Source: Desulfobacterales bacterium
Lineage (GTDB): Bacteria; Desulfobacterota; Desulfobacteria; Desulfobacterales; UBA2174
Assembly (NCBI GenBank): GCA_963668645.2
Contig: CAXXWC010000022.1
Location: forward strand, 1 to 64,000
Direction of reading: 5' to 3'
DNA length: 64,000 bases
A program made the translations under genes and the position numbers. Shown piece by piece: positions 49,294 through 59,749 of this stretch. Position 1 is the first letter of the stretch. Each line of letters opens with the position of its first letter. The notes beneath the pieces were generated by a model that saw nothing but the letters and a program-made list of their open reading frames with translations, was not told where the DNA came from and ran no database searches.

Positions 49294-49440
49294 AGAGATC
49301 CTGCTACACACTGCTGACCTTTGTATGCCTGAAAATGGAACTGTACTGGAGATCGAAACCCATTGGAAAAGTGCCTAACAACCTGCCACTTCTAAGAAAA
49401 TTGGCAGATGCAAATTTCACACAATCTTCTTGACAGTACC
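49294..49440 (+). mobile_element. IS256 family 3' remnant
   Basis: RSCYTLLTFVCLKMELYWRS...NFTQSS* ending in ttcacacaatcttcttgacagtacc, typical of an IS256 right end. Confidence 0.65.
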
Positions 49441-49776
49441 GGGTGATTTAAAAGGAGGGTACAAGCAGTCAATAAGTATGTCAGAAATATTTTACGAACT
49501 TGCCAAAAAACTCATAGCAATCTGTATTTACGAGACTTTATCCATGTACTGCTGCATGTCATGGGTACGTAGTTGGGCATGACGCATTCCGATCGAACAG
49601 GGCAAGGAGAACTTTTGACTGTCAAGATAATGAATGCTTATAGCCTCTATTTTTAATGATAATTTAACATTTGCCCCCGGTGCGTGTTAGAAGTTTTCTA
49701 TTTTTAGCCTAACATAAGTTTTCCATCGGTGCAATTTAAAGAGAGGATCAGATTTACCCCCAAAGGGACCACCACC

Positions 49777-50427
49777 ATGAAATTCAATATTATCAGCAGA
49801 AAAACCGATATTGAATACCAGATCAATGACTTCATGGACCAGGTCAGCCGGTCCGGACTCGTCTTCCAGGAAGGTGCCCGGTTTTATCTTAAAGGAGAAT
49901 ATGAAAATTTCGACAGGGTATTGGCCGATATTTCAATTATAGAACACAAGGGTGACGAGTTGAAGCGGACCATCATCGAGCGCCTTCATACCAAAACCCT
50001 TATCCCTGAATCCCGTGGAGACGTCCTGGAACTGATGGAGAATATGGATTCACTTTTGGACAGGTTTAAGGGGGCGCTCTGGCGATTCGAAATCGAACGG
50101 CCCAATATTGACGCCGAATTTGTCGAAGACTTCCAGGAGTTGATCAAGGGGGTGGTCGAGGCTGTTGAATCTATTGTTAAATCTTCCCGAGCCTTTTTTA
50201 CTGACATTGCAGCCGTAAGGGACCATCTGCACAAAGTCTCCTTCTGGGAAACCGAATGCGACAAAATTTCCACTCGTCTGAGAACCGCGATTTTCCGCAA
50301 GGAGAATATCCGGTTGAGCCGCCGCATGCTGCTGAGCGATATGGTCCGGCATATTGAGAAGATATCTGATCGGGCAGAGGACGTGGCTGACAGGATGAAT
50401 ATCTATGTCATCAAACGTGCATTATAG
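49777..50427 (+). CDS. DUF47/PhoU-like phosphate transport regulator (island copy)
   Basis: EHKGDELKR, TLIPESRGD, ETECDK and ISDRAEDVAD. Confidence 0.9.
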   Translation: MKFNIISRKTDIEYQINDFMDQVSRSGLVFQEGARFYLKGEYENFDRVLADISIIEHKGDELKRTIIERLHTKTLIPESRGDVLELMENMDSLLDRFKGALWRFEIERPNIDAEFVEDFQELIKGVVEAVESIVKSSRAFFTDIAAVRDHLHKVSFWETECDKISTRLRTAIFRKENIRLSRRMLLSDMVRHIEKISDRAEDVADRMNIYVIKRAL

Positions 50428-50436
50428 AGGAAACCG

Positions 50437-51486
50437 ATGTTCGCCTTTTTTCTAACCAGCGGTCTTTTTCTGGGATGGTCTTTAGGGGCAAATGATGCGT
50501 CCAACGTATTTGGTACGGCAGTGGCCTCAAAAATGGTCAGGTTCAGCACCGCAGCCGTATGCTGTGGTATATTTGTAACTTTAGGTGCCGTGATCAGCGG
50601 GGCAGGGGCCTCGCACACCTTGGGCAAGCTGGGGGCTGTCAATGCCATTGCCGGTGCGTTTATTGTGGCCTTTTCTGCAGCCTTGAGCGTATACTTGATG
50701 ACCAAGGCCAGATTCCCTGTATCAACTTCACAGGCCATTGTGGGGGCCATCGTCGGATGGAACCTTTTTTCAGGATCACCTGTGGACAAGACGGCTTTGA
50801 CCAAGATAGCCATGACTTGGCTGGTCTGTCCTGTGCTTTCCGGCATCATCGCCGTTGTCCTGTACCGGATATCCGCCCTTTTTATCAACACATGCAAAAT
50901 CCACATGTTCCGGCTGGATCTGTATACAAGGTGGTCCCTTTTGGTTGCCGGTATATGCGGGTCTTACGCCTTGGGAGCCAACAATATCGCCAATGTCATG
51001 GGCGTATTTCTGCCGGTATCCCCCTTTGAGACGCTTTCTCTTGGACTCTTTTCCATGTCTCCGGCCCAGCAGCTCTTCCTTATCGGCGGCATCGCCATTG
51101 CCATTGGCGTCTTCACCTACTCCAAACGGGTAATGATGACCGTTGGGGAAGGCATTGTGGAACTTCCCCCGGTTGCGGCAAGCGTTGTGGTATGGGCCCA
51201 TGCCATTGTCCTTTTTCTATTTTCCTCCCAGTCCTTGGAAGCCTTCCTGATCAACAACGGTATGCCGTCAATTCCCCTGGTTCCGGTTTCCAGTTCCCAG
51301 GCCGTGGTGGGGGCTGTTATCGGCATCGGCCTGTTTAAAAAAGGCTTTTCGAGTGTGAAATGGAAAATGGTGGGGGGAATTGCCAGCGGATGGGTTTCCA
51401 CACCCGTCATTGCCGCAGTGGTGAGTTTTATATCTTTATTTTTCATTCAAAATGTATTTCAACAGGAGGTGTATAAGCCTATGTAG
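50437..51486 (+). CDS. PiT family inorganic phosphate transporter (island copy)
   Basis: GANDASN, GANNIAN and PVSSSQAVVGAVIGIG. Confidence 0.93.
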   Translation: MFAFFLTSGLFLGWSLGANDASNVFGTAVASKMVRFSTAAVCCGIFVTLGAVISGAGASHTLGKLGAVNAIAGAFIVAFSAALSVYLMTKARFPVSTSQAIVGAIVGWNLFSGSPVDKTALTKIAMTWLVCPVLSGIIAVVLYRISALFINTCKIHMFRLDLYTRWSLLVAGICGSYALGANNIANVMGVFLPVSPFETLSLGLFSMSPAQQLFLIGGIAIAIGVFTYSKRVMMTVGEGIVELPPVAASVVVWAHAIVLFLFSSQSLEAFLINNGMPSIPLVPVSSSQAVVGAVIGIGLFKKGFSSVKWKMVGGIASGWVSTPVIAAVVSFISLFFIQNVFQQEVYKPM

Positions 51487-51582
51487 CTATCCGCCCCCCT
51501 GCCATTGAAAAAAACTGACCCGGACAGAAGTGTCAAAGAGCCAGGTAAATAAACCTATAATCAAAATAACGGAGCAAAAATT

Positions 51583-52215
51583 ATGGTAGATGTATTTGAA
51601 AAAAACACCGCCACCTCGGCAGAGAATGCTGAAAGACTGGTGCCCAGAGCTGAGTTCAGAGTGTTTGGGCAGAACATTCTGAACATTGTAACTCAGTCTA
51701 TGTGGAAGGCCCAGGCCAAACTGTATAAAATCAGGACCAGCAGTGAAACCTATATTGTTTCCCGCCTCACCAATGATGCCAATGTCAAAATCCGTGACGG
51801 GTTGCTGGATATCAAAACCAAGGTGAACGAGACCCCGGACGGATACGAGGTCTTCCAGCCCAGGGGGAAATTCCAGTTCCCGGTCAACAAGGAAGAGTTG
51901 GGGAAAATCTTTGAAAACCTCCAGGCTGATGTCGTTCTGGATAAGGATACCTATACCCTTGACGAATTCATTTCCATGGTGGATGCTGACGCCGACCTGG
52001 CTGCCGTAAACGTTCAGAAAGAAAGATACGGCTTCTCCGTTGACGGCATGATCTGCGAATATGGAAAAGTATTTTTCAACGGCGCCCTCATGGAAACAGC
52101 CTGTGTGGAAAGTGAAAATTATGAGGGCATGAAAAAGGCCATCAAGGCCCTGGATATTGATGGGCTGGAAAACGTTAACTACCTGAAGGCAGCCAAACGC
52201 GTTTTAAAGATGTAG
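51583..52215 (+). CDS. cytoplasmic CYTH-like (triphosphate tunnel) protein
   Basis: PRAEFRVFG, ETYIVS, NVKIRDGLLDIK, VQKERYGF, ICE, CVESE and NVNY; no signal peptide. Confidence 0.7.
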   Translation: MVDVFEKNTATSAENAERLVPRAEFRVFGQNILNIVTQSMWKAQAKLYKIRTSSETYIVSRLTNDANVKIRDGLLDIKTKVNETPDGYEVFQPRGKFQFPVNKEELGKIFENLQADVVLDKDTYTLDEFISMVDADADLAAVNVQKERYGFSVDGMICEYGKVFFNGALMETACVESENYEGMKKAIKALDIDGLENVNYLKAAKRVLKM

Positions 52216-52240
52216 TTTACTGACCACAGCCCTTTTGCCA

Positions 52241-52289
52241 GACAAGCTGCCATGGGATTTCTCCTTAACCCGGGCAGCTTGTCATTTTT
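52241..52289 (+). terminator. terminator hairpin
   Basis: gacaagctgcc...ggcagcttgtc-attttt. Confidence 0.7.
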
Positions 52290-52383
52290 GGGATTTTTCA
52301 TCCTTGCCCAGGGTATCTGCATCTGATTTTACAAAGGGCTTACCACTTTCCTGATTTTATCCTGCCGTATCGGTATAACTGTA

Positions 52384-52590
52384 GGCTCATCGGTCTGCAC
52401 GGTACATGGCCAGAAAGTTGAATGTGCAGGCATCGGATACAATCCGCATAAGCCAGGACGAAACAGCTACCACCCCTTGCTGGCGGTTGATATAAACTCG
52501 CCATCATCGACGGATACCTTCGGCCGGGTTCATACGCTTCCAACGACGGCGTTGATGGTTTTGTCCGCAAGATTGTCTCAGAAGCAAATC
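52384..52590 (+). pseudogene. IS1380 family transposase fragment
   Basis: SSVCTVHGQKVECAGIGYNPHKPGRNSYHPLLAV, then frameshifted IIDGYLRPGS. Confidence 0.7.
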
Positions 52591-52744
52591 GGCCTGCTTT
52601 AGAAAACCTGATTAAGAAGACGAACTCAACCTCTGGGTTTCTATTTTTTATTAAAAATCAGATGTTCTTCTATTAAAAGCCGTGTTTCCTCATTTTGGAA
52701 CGGATTTTTCACCGCCCCGAACACCGAATGCAGAATCTGGGATT

Positions 52745-52778
52745 AAAAAAGCGCCCGGAGGATTACTCCAGGCGCCTT
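52745..52778 (-). terminator. rho-independent terminator of porin gene
   Basis: Minus strand ggcgcctggag-taatc-ctccgggcgc-tttttt. Confidence 0.8.
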
Positions 52779-52806
52779 GGGTCAGGTTCCTGATCAGGTC
52801 CTGCGA

Positions 52807-54138
52807 TTAGAAATAGAACGCGATGCTGGCCATGAAAATGTTGCCGTCCTGACTTTTGACATTCTTCGGATCATCTTTATAGTTGTCTGCATCGAAATTG
52901 ACATAGTTGAAGACAAATTTCAGGTTGTTCTCAAGATACCAGTTTATCCCGAGGGTGATGGTGGATAGATCGCCGCCATATTTGTCGTCATCGGTGAGAC
53001 TAATGGCACTGTACCGGGCGCCAATTTCCCAGGCACCGCAGCCTCCTTCGGAGACAGGGTTAAAAGGCTTGACCTCTTTGAAATACCCGGAGGATTTTGA
53101 ATATTTGTGGGACTCTCCGGTAAGCATATAAAAGGCAGACAGATAATATGCGTCAAAGTAGTAGGTCTTGTTTTTCTCGGCATCATCCAACCGGACACCG
53201 GAATATTCACCGGTAATCAAAAAGCCGTGGCCGGAATAGGCCGCTTCAAGGGCATAGCGCCAGTCTTTTTCCGGATTTTCAAAATCCACACCAACCAGTT
53301 TTTCAGCCAGATGGGCATTGGGTCTGGCTTCAAATGTCTGAGCCTGATCAGGTTCATCATCCTCATAGTCATAGTCGAAGTAACCGATATTGGCTCCCAG
53401 ATGGAAAACCTGTCCGCTTTTTTTGTCCAGTATCGGGACATAGGTCAAACGGCCCAGGAAAGTGGAGGCATCGTTCTTGTGAGAAACGGCATCCTGTTTT
53501 GCATACCCGTTTGTCATCAGGGCAGAAATTTGGGTGATCCCCTTGCTGTATTTGTGAGTCCACAGGGCGCCGATACCGCGTTCAGGTGAAAAGGTATCGG
53601 TCAGACCACGTTCCATGAAATTCAGGTATTTGGAACTGGTGGTGGATTCCATGCTGTAGCGGACTTTCTGCCAGCCCAGAGTGAACTCATTGTTTTCGAA
53701 TCCTGTATATGTCACGTTGGCGTCTTTGAGATCTACCTCTGCGTCAGCGAAATCCCATTGGATTTCATATTCCCAGACCTCGGCAAACTTGCCTTCCACA
53801 GACAGGTATAGCTTGCGGACTTCGTTTGATGTGTTGCTTTTCGTCAGTTTGCTTTTTTTACCGCCCTTGTACATATCATCAAAGTTGGCGATATCCGTTG
53901 TTACCCGGCCGCCGATCGCGAACGAGGATCTGCCATCTGCGGATTTCCACTCCGGTGCCCCTGTTTTTTTAGAAAATTCGATGTGGCTGCCCTGCTTGGC
54001 ACTCTCTGTCTGAGCATCAGTGATCTGTTTCTGATTTTCAAGAATCATCTGATGCAGTTCTTCATTGCTGGGAGTAGCCATGGCGGTGGCGGGAATTGCC
54101 AGTGCGTAGATTGCTGCGGTGATAAACCCTTTTTTCAT
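52807..54138 (-). CDS. OprO/OprP family phosphate/pyrophosphate-selective porin
   Basis: Signal peptide; TSSKYLNFMERGL, GRLTYVP, AYYLSAFYMLTGE, GAWEIGARYS and TLGINWYL; C-terminal Phe. Confidence 0.88.
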   Translation of the reverse strand: MKKGFITAAIYALAIPATAMATPSNEELHQMILENQKQITDAQTESAKQGSHIEFSKKTGAPEWKSADGRSSFAIGGRVTTDIANFDDMYKGGKKSKLTKSNTSNEVRKLYLSVEGKFAEVWEYEIQWDFADAEVDLKDANVTYTGFENNEFTLGWQKVRYSMESTTSSKYLNFMERGLTDTFSPERGIGALWTHKYSKGITQISALMTNGYAKQDAVSHKNDASTFLGRLTYVPILDKKSGQVFHLGANIGYFDYDYEDDEPDQAQTFEARPNAHLAEKLVGVDFENPEKDWRYALEAAYSGHGFLITGEYSGVRLDDAEKNKTYYFDAYYLSAFYMLTGESHKYSKSSGYFKEVKPFNPVSEGGCGAWEIGARYSAISLTDDDKYGGDLSTITLGINWYLENNLKFVFNYVNFDADNYKDDPKNVKSQDGNIFMASIAFYF

Positions 54139-54593
54139 GCTTTAATCTCCTCTTGCCTTTGTTTGTTTAAAGGGGAATTTGTTACCGGCAACACGCCGGT
54201 CCTGAAAAGCCCTTGATAAAAACATTGTTTGCCAATGCAGTAAAAAGACCTTAAACCGCAAAATTTGTCTAATTAGTTTTGGCCATAAAGAAGATAAGGA
54301 AACTTTATGGCTCCAAAGAAAGGGAGGGTTCATGGGGAATTGTTATATCCTCATGGGATTTATTCCACAGCAATAGCTTGATATTACATGAAAACAATAC
54401 CGATGTCAGCGGCGGCCTGCGACTGTATCTTCTTCGGCGGTTTGAAAATGTTTTCTTGCCTCTTTGGATTTTCTTCCCAAATCCATTCATAAACGACCTA
54501 TTCTTCGCTTGATTCTTCTTGCCGTTCCTTCTTTTCCACGGGCTTCGGTTTTGGCTTCTTGCGTTACCATTGACCGCCAGGGGGAACCGGTCA

Positions 54594-55143
54594 ATGGACG
54601 CACGCTACAAGAAGGTAAAGTGCTTAAATTGCGGGGGCTTGTTTTTGCCAGACCATCGCAATCGCAGCCGCCAGCAATACTGTGGCAAGCAAGGCGGCCA
54701 GCCAGAAGCGCTGGTTGGCAAAGCCGGAGAACCAGGATTACTTTTGTGGTGCCGACAATGTGTAACGGGTCCAGCGCTGGCGACAAGGCCATCCGGGCTA
54801 TTGGCGCCGTAAAGAGTGCTCGGGCGGCAATGCGTTACAAGATCCCTTGATCGCGCAAACCTCCGAAAGCAATACCGATATTGTTAAATCACTCAAGAGT
54901 GCGTTACAAGGTCTCTTAATCAAGCAACCATTTGTTTTAATAGGCCTTATCTCCAATTTTACCGGCACTGCGTTACAAGATGACATCGCCATGACGGTCG
55001 ATCGGCTGCAACAATTGGGGAGCGACATCGTATCTACCCCAACCCAGGGAGGCCGCCATGGTATCCAAACGTCCCATTGTCCCCGATCTCGTTCGCAAGG
55101 TACCGCGCCAGTTCAGTTGGCTCGACCATCGCCTGGTGCGTGA
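54594..55143 (+). pseudogene. IS21-associated hypothetical (Cys-rich N-terminus), frameshift plus in-frame TAA
   Basis: MDARYKKVKCLNCGGLFLPDHRN...YC / ASKAASQKRWLAKPENQDYF...NV*RVQRWR...ALQD repeats. Confidence 0.65.
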
Positions 55144-55447
55144 CCGGCATATCGAGCGGTTGAGCCACCCGGCCGCGGCGCTGTATCTGTTCCTGGTGAC
55201 TGTCGCCGATGCGGCCGGGCTGAGCTATTACAACGACCGGTCCATCTGTCGGCGTCTGGCCATGGATCCGAACACTTTGCACCAGGCCCGGGCCGATCTG
55301 ACCAAAGCCGGCCTGATCGCTTGGCAAAGCCCCTTGTACCAGGTGTTGTCTCTGGATCAGCCGTCACAGCCTGCCACGGCGACGGCTTCCGGCGGCCTCT
55401 GGCAGTTGGGCGACATTTTGAAAGCGGCCGCGGGCGGTGGCGCATGA
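55058..55447 (+). CDS. IS21-associated winged-helix-like protein
   Basis: GGAGG RBS; FSWLDHRLVR, ALYLFLVTVAD..GLSYY and YQVLSL; ATGA overlap with istA. Confidence 0.7.
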   Translation: MVSKRPIVPDLVRKVPRQFSWLDHRLVRDRHIERLSHPAAALYLFLVTVADAAGLSYYNDRSICRRLAMDPNTLHQARADLTKAGLIAWQSPLYQVLSLDQPSQPATATASGGLWQLGDILKAAAGGGA

Positions 55448-56681
55448 TCGATTACGAAACGTTTTTGAAAATCAAGATCTATCGAGACCCGCAAGGACTC
55501 AAGCCGTCGCAGATTGCCGACGCGCTTGGCATCGATGTCCGTACCGTCCGGCGCTACCTGGCCCGGGAGCGCTTTTTGCCTCGTAAAGGGCCGCTGCGGG
55601 CAAGCCGTCTTGATCCCTACAAGACCGAAATCTGCCGCCTTCTCGAACAGCACGCCTATACTGCCGTGCAGATCCACCAGCGCATCCGGCAAGACGGCTT
55701 CGACGGCGGCTATAGCATCGTCAAGGACTACGTGCGCAAGGTCCGCCCGCCCAGGCACAAAGCCTTTTTGACGCTTTCATTCGCCCCGGCAGAATGCGCT
55801 CAGGTCGATTGGGGCTCCTATGGCACGGTGGCCGTGGGCAAGGGAAACGAAAAGGGCCGCGTGGAAAGTGCTGTCGGCTACGTCAAAAAAACTTCCTCAA
55901 GGGCCTTGAGATCGCCGACTTCAGTCACCTGCCACCGGCCGGCGCGCATTGGCGCGATCACACCGCCAATGTGCGCATCCACAGCCAAACCGGTGAAAAA
56001 CCCGTCGTTCTCTTCGAAAAGGAACGCCGCGGGATAGAGCCATTGCCCTATGACATTGCCACCATCCGGCCCGTGCGCGCCTGCCGCCAGTTTCGCGTCA
56101 CCCTGGACACCAACCGCTACAGCGTGCCTTGCCAATATGCCGGTATGCTGTTGACCCTCAAAATCTATCCCGACAGGCTCTGCTTGTACGACGAGCAAAA
56201 ACTCATCTCCCGGCATGTGCGCAGCTGCGACCGGCGAAAGAATTTTGAAAACCCAGACCACGTCAAGCCGCTTTTGGAACAGCGCCGCAAGGCGTGCGAC
56301 CAGAAAATCTACATCCGCTTTCTATCCCTGTCTGACAAGGCCGACGCCTACTACCGCCAACTCCAAAAGCGCCGCTTCAACCCGCTGCACCACATCCGCC
56401 AGATCTTTGTTTTGAGCCAAATCTACGGCCCTGAGGCCACCGCCCGGGCCATCGACGACGCTTTGCACTTCAAGGCCTTCTCCTGCGAATACATCGCCAA
56501 CCTGCTCGAACAGCGCACCCGCTTGCAAACTGAACCGTCACCGTTGCACCTGACCCGCCGCCAGGACCTGCTCGATCTGACCTCGAAAAGCCGGACATGT
56601 CCATCTACGCTCGGGTGCTCGACGACAATCACCACCAGCAGGAGGAACCCTCATCATGAAATCCGACCAGCGACTCGATGA
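55444..56681 (+). pseudogene. istA: IS21 transposase, internally deleted and frameshifted
   Basis: N-terminal HTH and GYSIVKDYVR; AQVDWG joined almost directly to KGRVESAVGYVK; DTNRYSVP. Confidence 0.85.
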
Positions 56682-57111
56682 GGCCCTGAACGAATTGAAG
56701 CTACTGCCGACAGCATTACACCGATCTGGCCCGTAAGGCCGCGCGCGACCAATGGAGCCATGTGCACTTTCTGACCGAGCTGGTCATGGCTGAAGCCAAA
56801 CAGCGGCGCGACCGGGCTGTTGAGCGGCGCATCCGCATGGCACGACTGCCCCAAATCAAAACCCTCGAACAGTTCCAGTGGTCATGGCCCAAAAAGATCA
56901 ACCGTCTGCAAGTCCAGAATCTGTTCCGGCTGGCCTTTGTCGCCGAGCGTGGCAACGTCGTACTGCTCGGCGGTGTCGGACTGGGAAAAACCCACCTGGC
57001 CATCGCGCTGGCCTACCAGGCCTGCTTGCAGGGCCATGCGGTCCTGACACCGAAACCATCGTCATCGAAGGAAAAAGCTACCGGAGGAAAGACCTGACCG
57101 ATCCGGCATAA
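56656..57111 (+). pseudogene. istB: IS21 ATPase helper, deleted
   Basis: KTLEQFQW and GGVGLGKTHLA Walker A, then a jump to C-terminal IEGKSYR in another frame; Walker B missing. Confidence 0.85.
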
Positions 57112-57415
57112 AGGTATGCCAGTCACCCGATCGCCACCTCGATCGGGTAACCGACTTCAGCTCTTTGACAATCGCATTGTGAAACCGCCGTTTTCACTAC
57201 AAGGTCACGTCGCCGCCAACACCAGATCCATCCTGCGCCGATATGCGCCGATAATAGATAAAAATAGATTCCATAAGCAGACCTAATTAGTCGCTTGGGA
57301 TCTGGTGTAGTACTTTAACCGTTCATTGAGTTTTTCAAGGATCAACGTCCATGATAATTTTTGAAATGGAAATGGTAAGATTTCTAAAATATACCGGAAC
57401 GGAAGGGGCTAGTAT

Positions 57416-58240
57416 ATGAGATTACCTGCATGCTACACCTTGTTTTTGGCGTCTGTTTTTTTTGCATTGCCTGCCCAGGCATTGGATAAACAAGATTTTG
57501 ACCAGGTTGAATATGCATTTGACATCAATGAACCCAAAACTTTTGAGATGGCCCCCAAATCACTGGCAGGCAAACGGGCGGACTATTATGATTTTGTTGA
57601 TTTTAAGTCAAAACGCAAGGAAAAGCTTGTGACCTACCTGGATACGCCTGACAGGCAGTTCAGCAAAAAATCCTTGATCGTCCGGGTGAGGGAAGACCTG
57701 AAAAAACCGGGGAAAAGCAAGATTACGGTGAAATTAAGAGCCCCTTCTCCCGAACAGTTTGGTGATCTAAAGAACTATAAAAAAGCTGAGATCGATATTG
57801 AAAACGGACAGAAAAAATACAGCGTGAGCTATGATATTAAAATGGATCCGACCCGGATTGATGTGCGCAAGGTGGATGTAAAGGCCGTTGCAGAGCAGAT
57901 CCGGAAGGGCAGCTCAGATGCATGGGCCCTCGTGGAACCGGTGTTCTCCCAGTACGCAGACCAGATCCGGCAGACCATTGTCATGCGGGCCCTGTCCTGG
58001 GAAGGCCTTGTCACAGAAATTTCAGGCAAAGTTGAAGCAGAGTATGCCGTCTGGAGCCCCTATTACAGATCCCCCAAAACGTTTATATCAGAAATTTCCT
58101 TTAAAGGGAGCGCATCAGATGAAAGCCTGGGAAGGGTTGCCCAGCGAATTAAAGACGCCTTGAAAGAAAAAGGCATTGATTCTGATTCCACCCTGTCCAA
58201 AACCAAGACGACCTTCGGGTTGAGCCCGGAATTCAATTGA
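57416..58240 (+). CDS. secreted CYTH-like protein
   Basis: Signal peptide (..ALPAQA); VEY, YLDTPD...LIVRVRE, ITVKLR, KAEIDI and EISFK pattern of tunnel-fold proteins. Confidence 0.65.
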   Translation: MRLPACYTLFLASVFFALPAQALDKQDFDQVEYAFDINEPKTFEMAPKSLAGKRADYYDFVDFKSKRKEKLVTYLDTPDRQFSKKSLIVRVREDLKKPGKSKITVKLRAPSPEQFGDLKNYKKAEIDIENGQKKYSVSYDIKMDPTRIDVRKVDVKAVAEQIRKGSSDAWALVEPVFSQYADQIRQTIVMRALSWEGLVTEISGKVEAEYAVWSPYYRSPKTFISEISFKGSASDESLGRVAQRIKDALKEKGIDSDSTLSKTKTTFGLSPEFN

Positions 58241-58246
58241 ACTTTT

Positions 58247-58283
58247 GACCCGGCCCCTGATCGGTTAAGGGGGCCGGGTCTTT
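58247..58283 (+). terminator. terminator hairpin
   Basis: gacccggcccc...ggggccgggtc-ttt. Confidence 0.8.
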
Positions 58284-58609
58284 ATACGTCTTCCCTATAT
58301 CCCTGCCTTAATTTCTCCCCTCTTTATAATTGAATTTTCATTGATCTGATTTTCCATTTTAGCCGGCTTTTTCAATTACTTTTCAATCACCTGTAATTCT
58401 ATTCAACTTACTTATTTAACTGTTTATTTACTCAATAAGAAATTGATATAAAGCTGATAAGCACACCTTATTGGACATTGGATACAGTGGTGTGGCATTC
58501 AGGTATAGAGTCGAATTTTAAGTTTGCCAGAATGAAGGATTTAAAGACGTTGGAATAAAAGTGGAATGCAATTTTTTTAATCAAATCAATAAAAAGCGGG
58601 AGTTATCAA

Positions 58610-59650
58610 ATGAAAAACAGATTGTTCCTGATACTGGGATTGTTCTTTATTTTTCTTTCTTTTGCCGCCTTGTCAGCCAGTGCCGAGGAATCACATCCCT
58701 ACAAAGTCCAGATTGCCAAACACCCTGAAGCCCTTGAAATTGTTGAAGCAAGAGAAATGAAGTTTTTGATCGATCCGGCAAAGGTCGGCTTTGATCCGGA
58801 AATAGGCTTGACAACAATATGGAAGAAAATCAAAGCGTTTGCAAAAAAGGAAAACATCGTCCTCAAAGAAAAAGAATTTAATGCAGACGGGTTTACCTAT
58901 TCCACCAAGGTTTATTTTGATACGCCAGAAGGCGATCTGACCAAACTCGGATATGTGGTAAGAATCACCACCAAGTATTTTGGCGGGAAACCGGCTTCAG
59001 CCGCATTGACTGTGAAATTTATCGACCGTGACAATCCTGAGCGGGTTTTCAACGCAATGCCGGATGAAGAAGATGCCTCTATCGAGGAAAACGTTGGACC
59101 GGCGGCCAACTATACCCTGGATTCCTATCTTGAAAAAGCAACCAAGATTGATGTGGATCTCAACCATATCCCGGTTACCCTTGCCGATTTTTCCGCTCTT
59201 GTTCCTCACCTGGAAACCCTGGGGCTGAACCCCAAGACCAAAATGGTCGGTATTGGAGCTTACAGTATCCGCATGAAACCCGGTTTTGTCATTCTGCCGG
59301 AGATGCCTTTTCCTGCAGGGATCTCCATGGAAGCGTGGTTGCCTGTGGAAAGCGGTGAAAAGGCCTTTGTATATGATTTTTCCTTTGGTTACCCCACTGG
59401 AGACTACTATGACATGTCCAGAACCCATACGGCGGCTGAAAACATTATCCAGAAAATATACCAGAAAATGGACAAAGAAATCGGCCTGCCCCAAAATGCC
59501 CAATGGTGCGGCTCCAAGGCAACATATCTGCGCAAGGGCGGCCTGACCTTCCCCAAGTACACAGGGATTAAAAGCCTTGACATGAGATCCTATAAGCCGC
59601 CGAAAAAAGGCAAGGACGGGACCATCTCTTTCAATGACGACCCGTCATAA
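58610..59650 (+). CDS. secreted CYTH-like protein
   Basis: Signal peptide (..ALSASA); REMKFLI (ExExK-like), YFDTPEGDL...YVVRI, LTVKF, IEENV and DFSF. Confidence 0.68.
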   Translation: MKNRLFLILGLFFIFLSFAALSASAEESHPYKVQIAKHPEALEIVEAREMKFLIDPAKVGFDPEIGLTTIWKKIKAFAKKENIVLKEKEFNADGFTYSTKVYFDTPEGDLTKLGYVVRITTKYFGGKPASAALTVKFIDRDNPERVFNAMPDEEDASIEENVGPAANYTLDSYLEKATKIDVDLNHIPVTLADFSALVPHLETLGLNPKTKMVGIGAYSIRMKPGFVILPEMPFPAGISMEAWLPVESGEKAFVYDFSFGYPTGDYYDMSRTHTAAENIIQKIYQKMDKEIGLPQNAQWCGSKATYLRKGGLTFPKYTGIKSLDMRSYKPPKKGKDGTISFNDDPS

Positions 59651-59749
59651 TTTTAGGCGTTATCATGCTGTCCGGTCCCGGCCTGACAATGGGACCGGGC
59701 AGCAATCATCCATAACCAGAGTTTTTCAATATTTTACCAGGAGGATTCA

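Larger units (their letters stand above)
54404..57221 (+). mobile_element. degenerate IS21-family element with two passenger ORFs
   Basis: Terminal IRs TGTCAGCGGCGGCCTG (54404) and its imperfect inverse cacgtcgccgccaaca (ends 57221); inverted subterminal GGCGGTTT-n-AnAATG repeats; istA and istB remnants. Confidence 0.8.

Noticed and set aside
55880..55895. A7 run in istA as a programmed frameshift
   Set aside because: The gene also lacks its catalytic core through deletion; decay is the simpler explanation.
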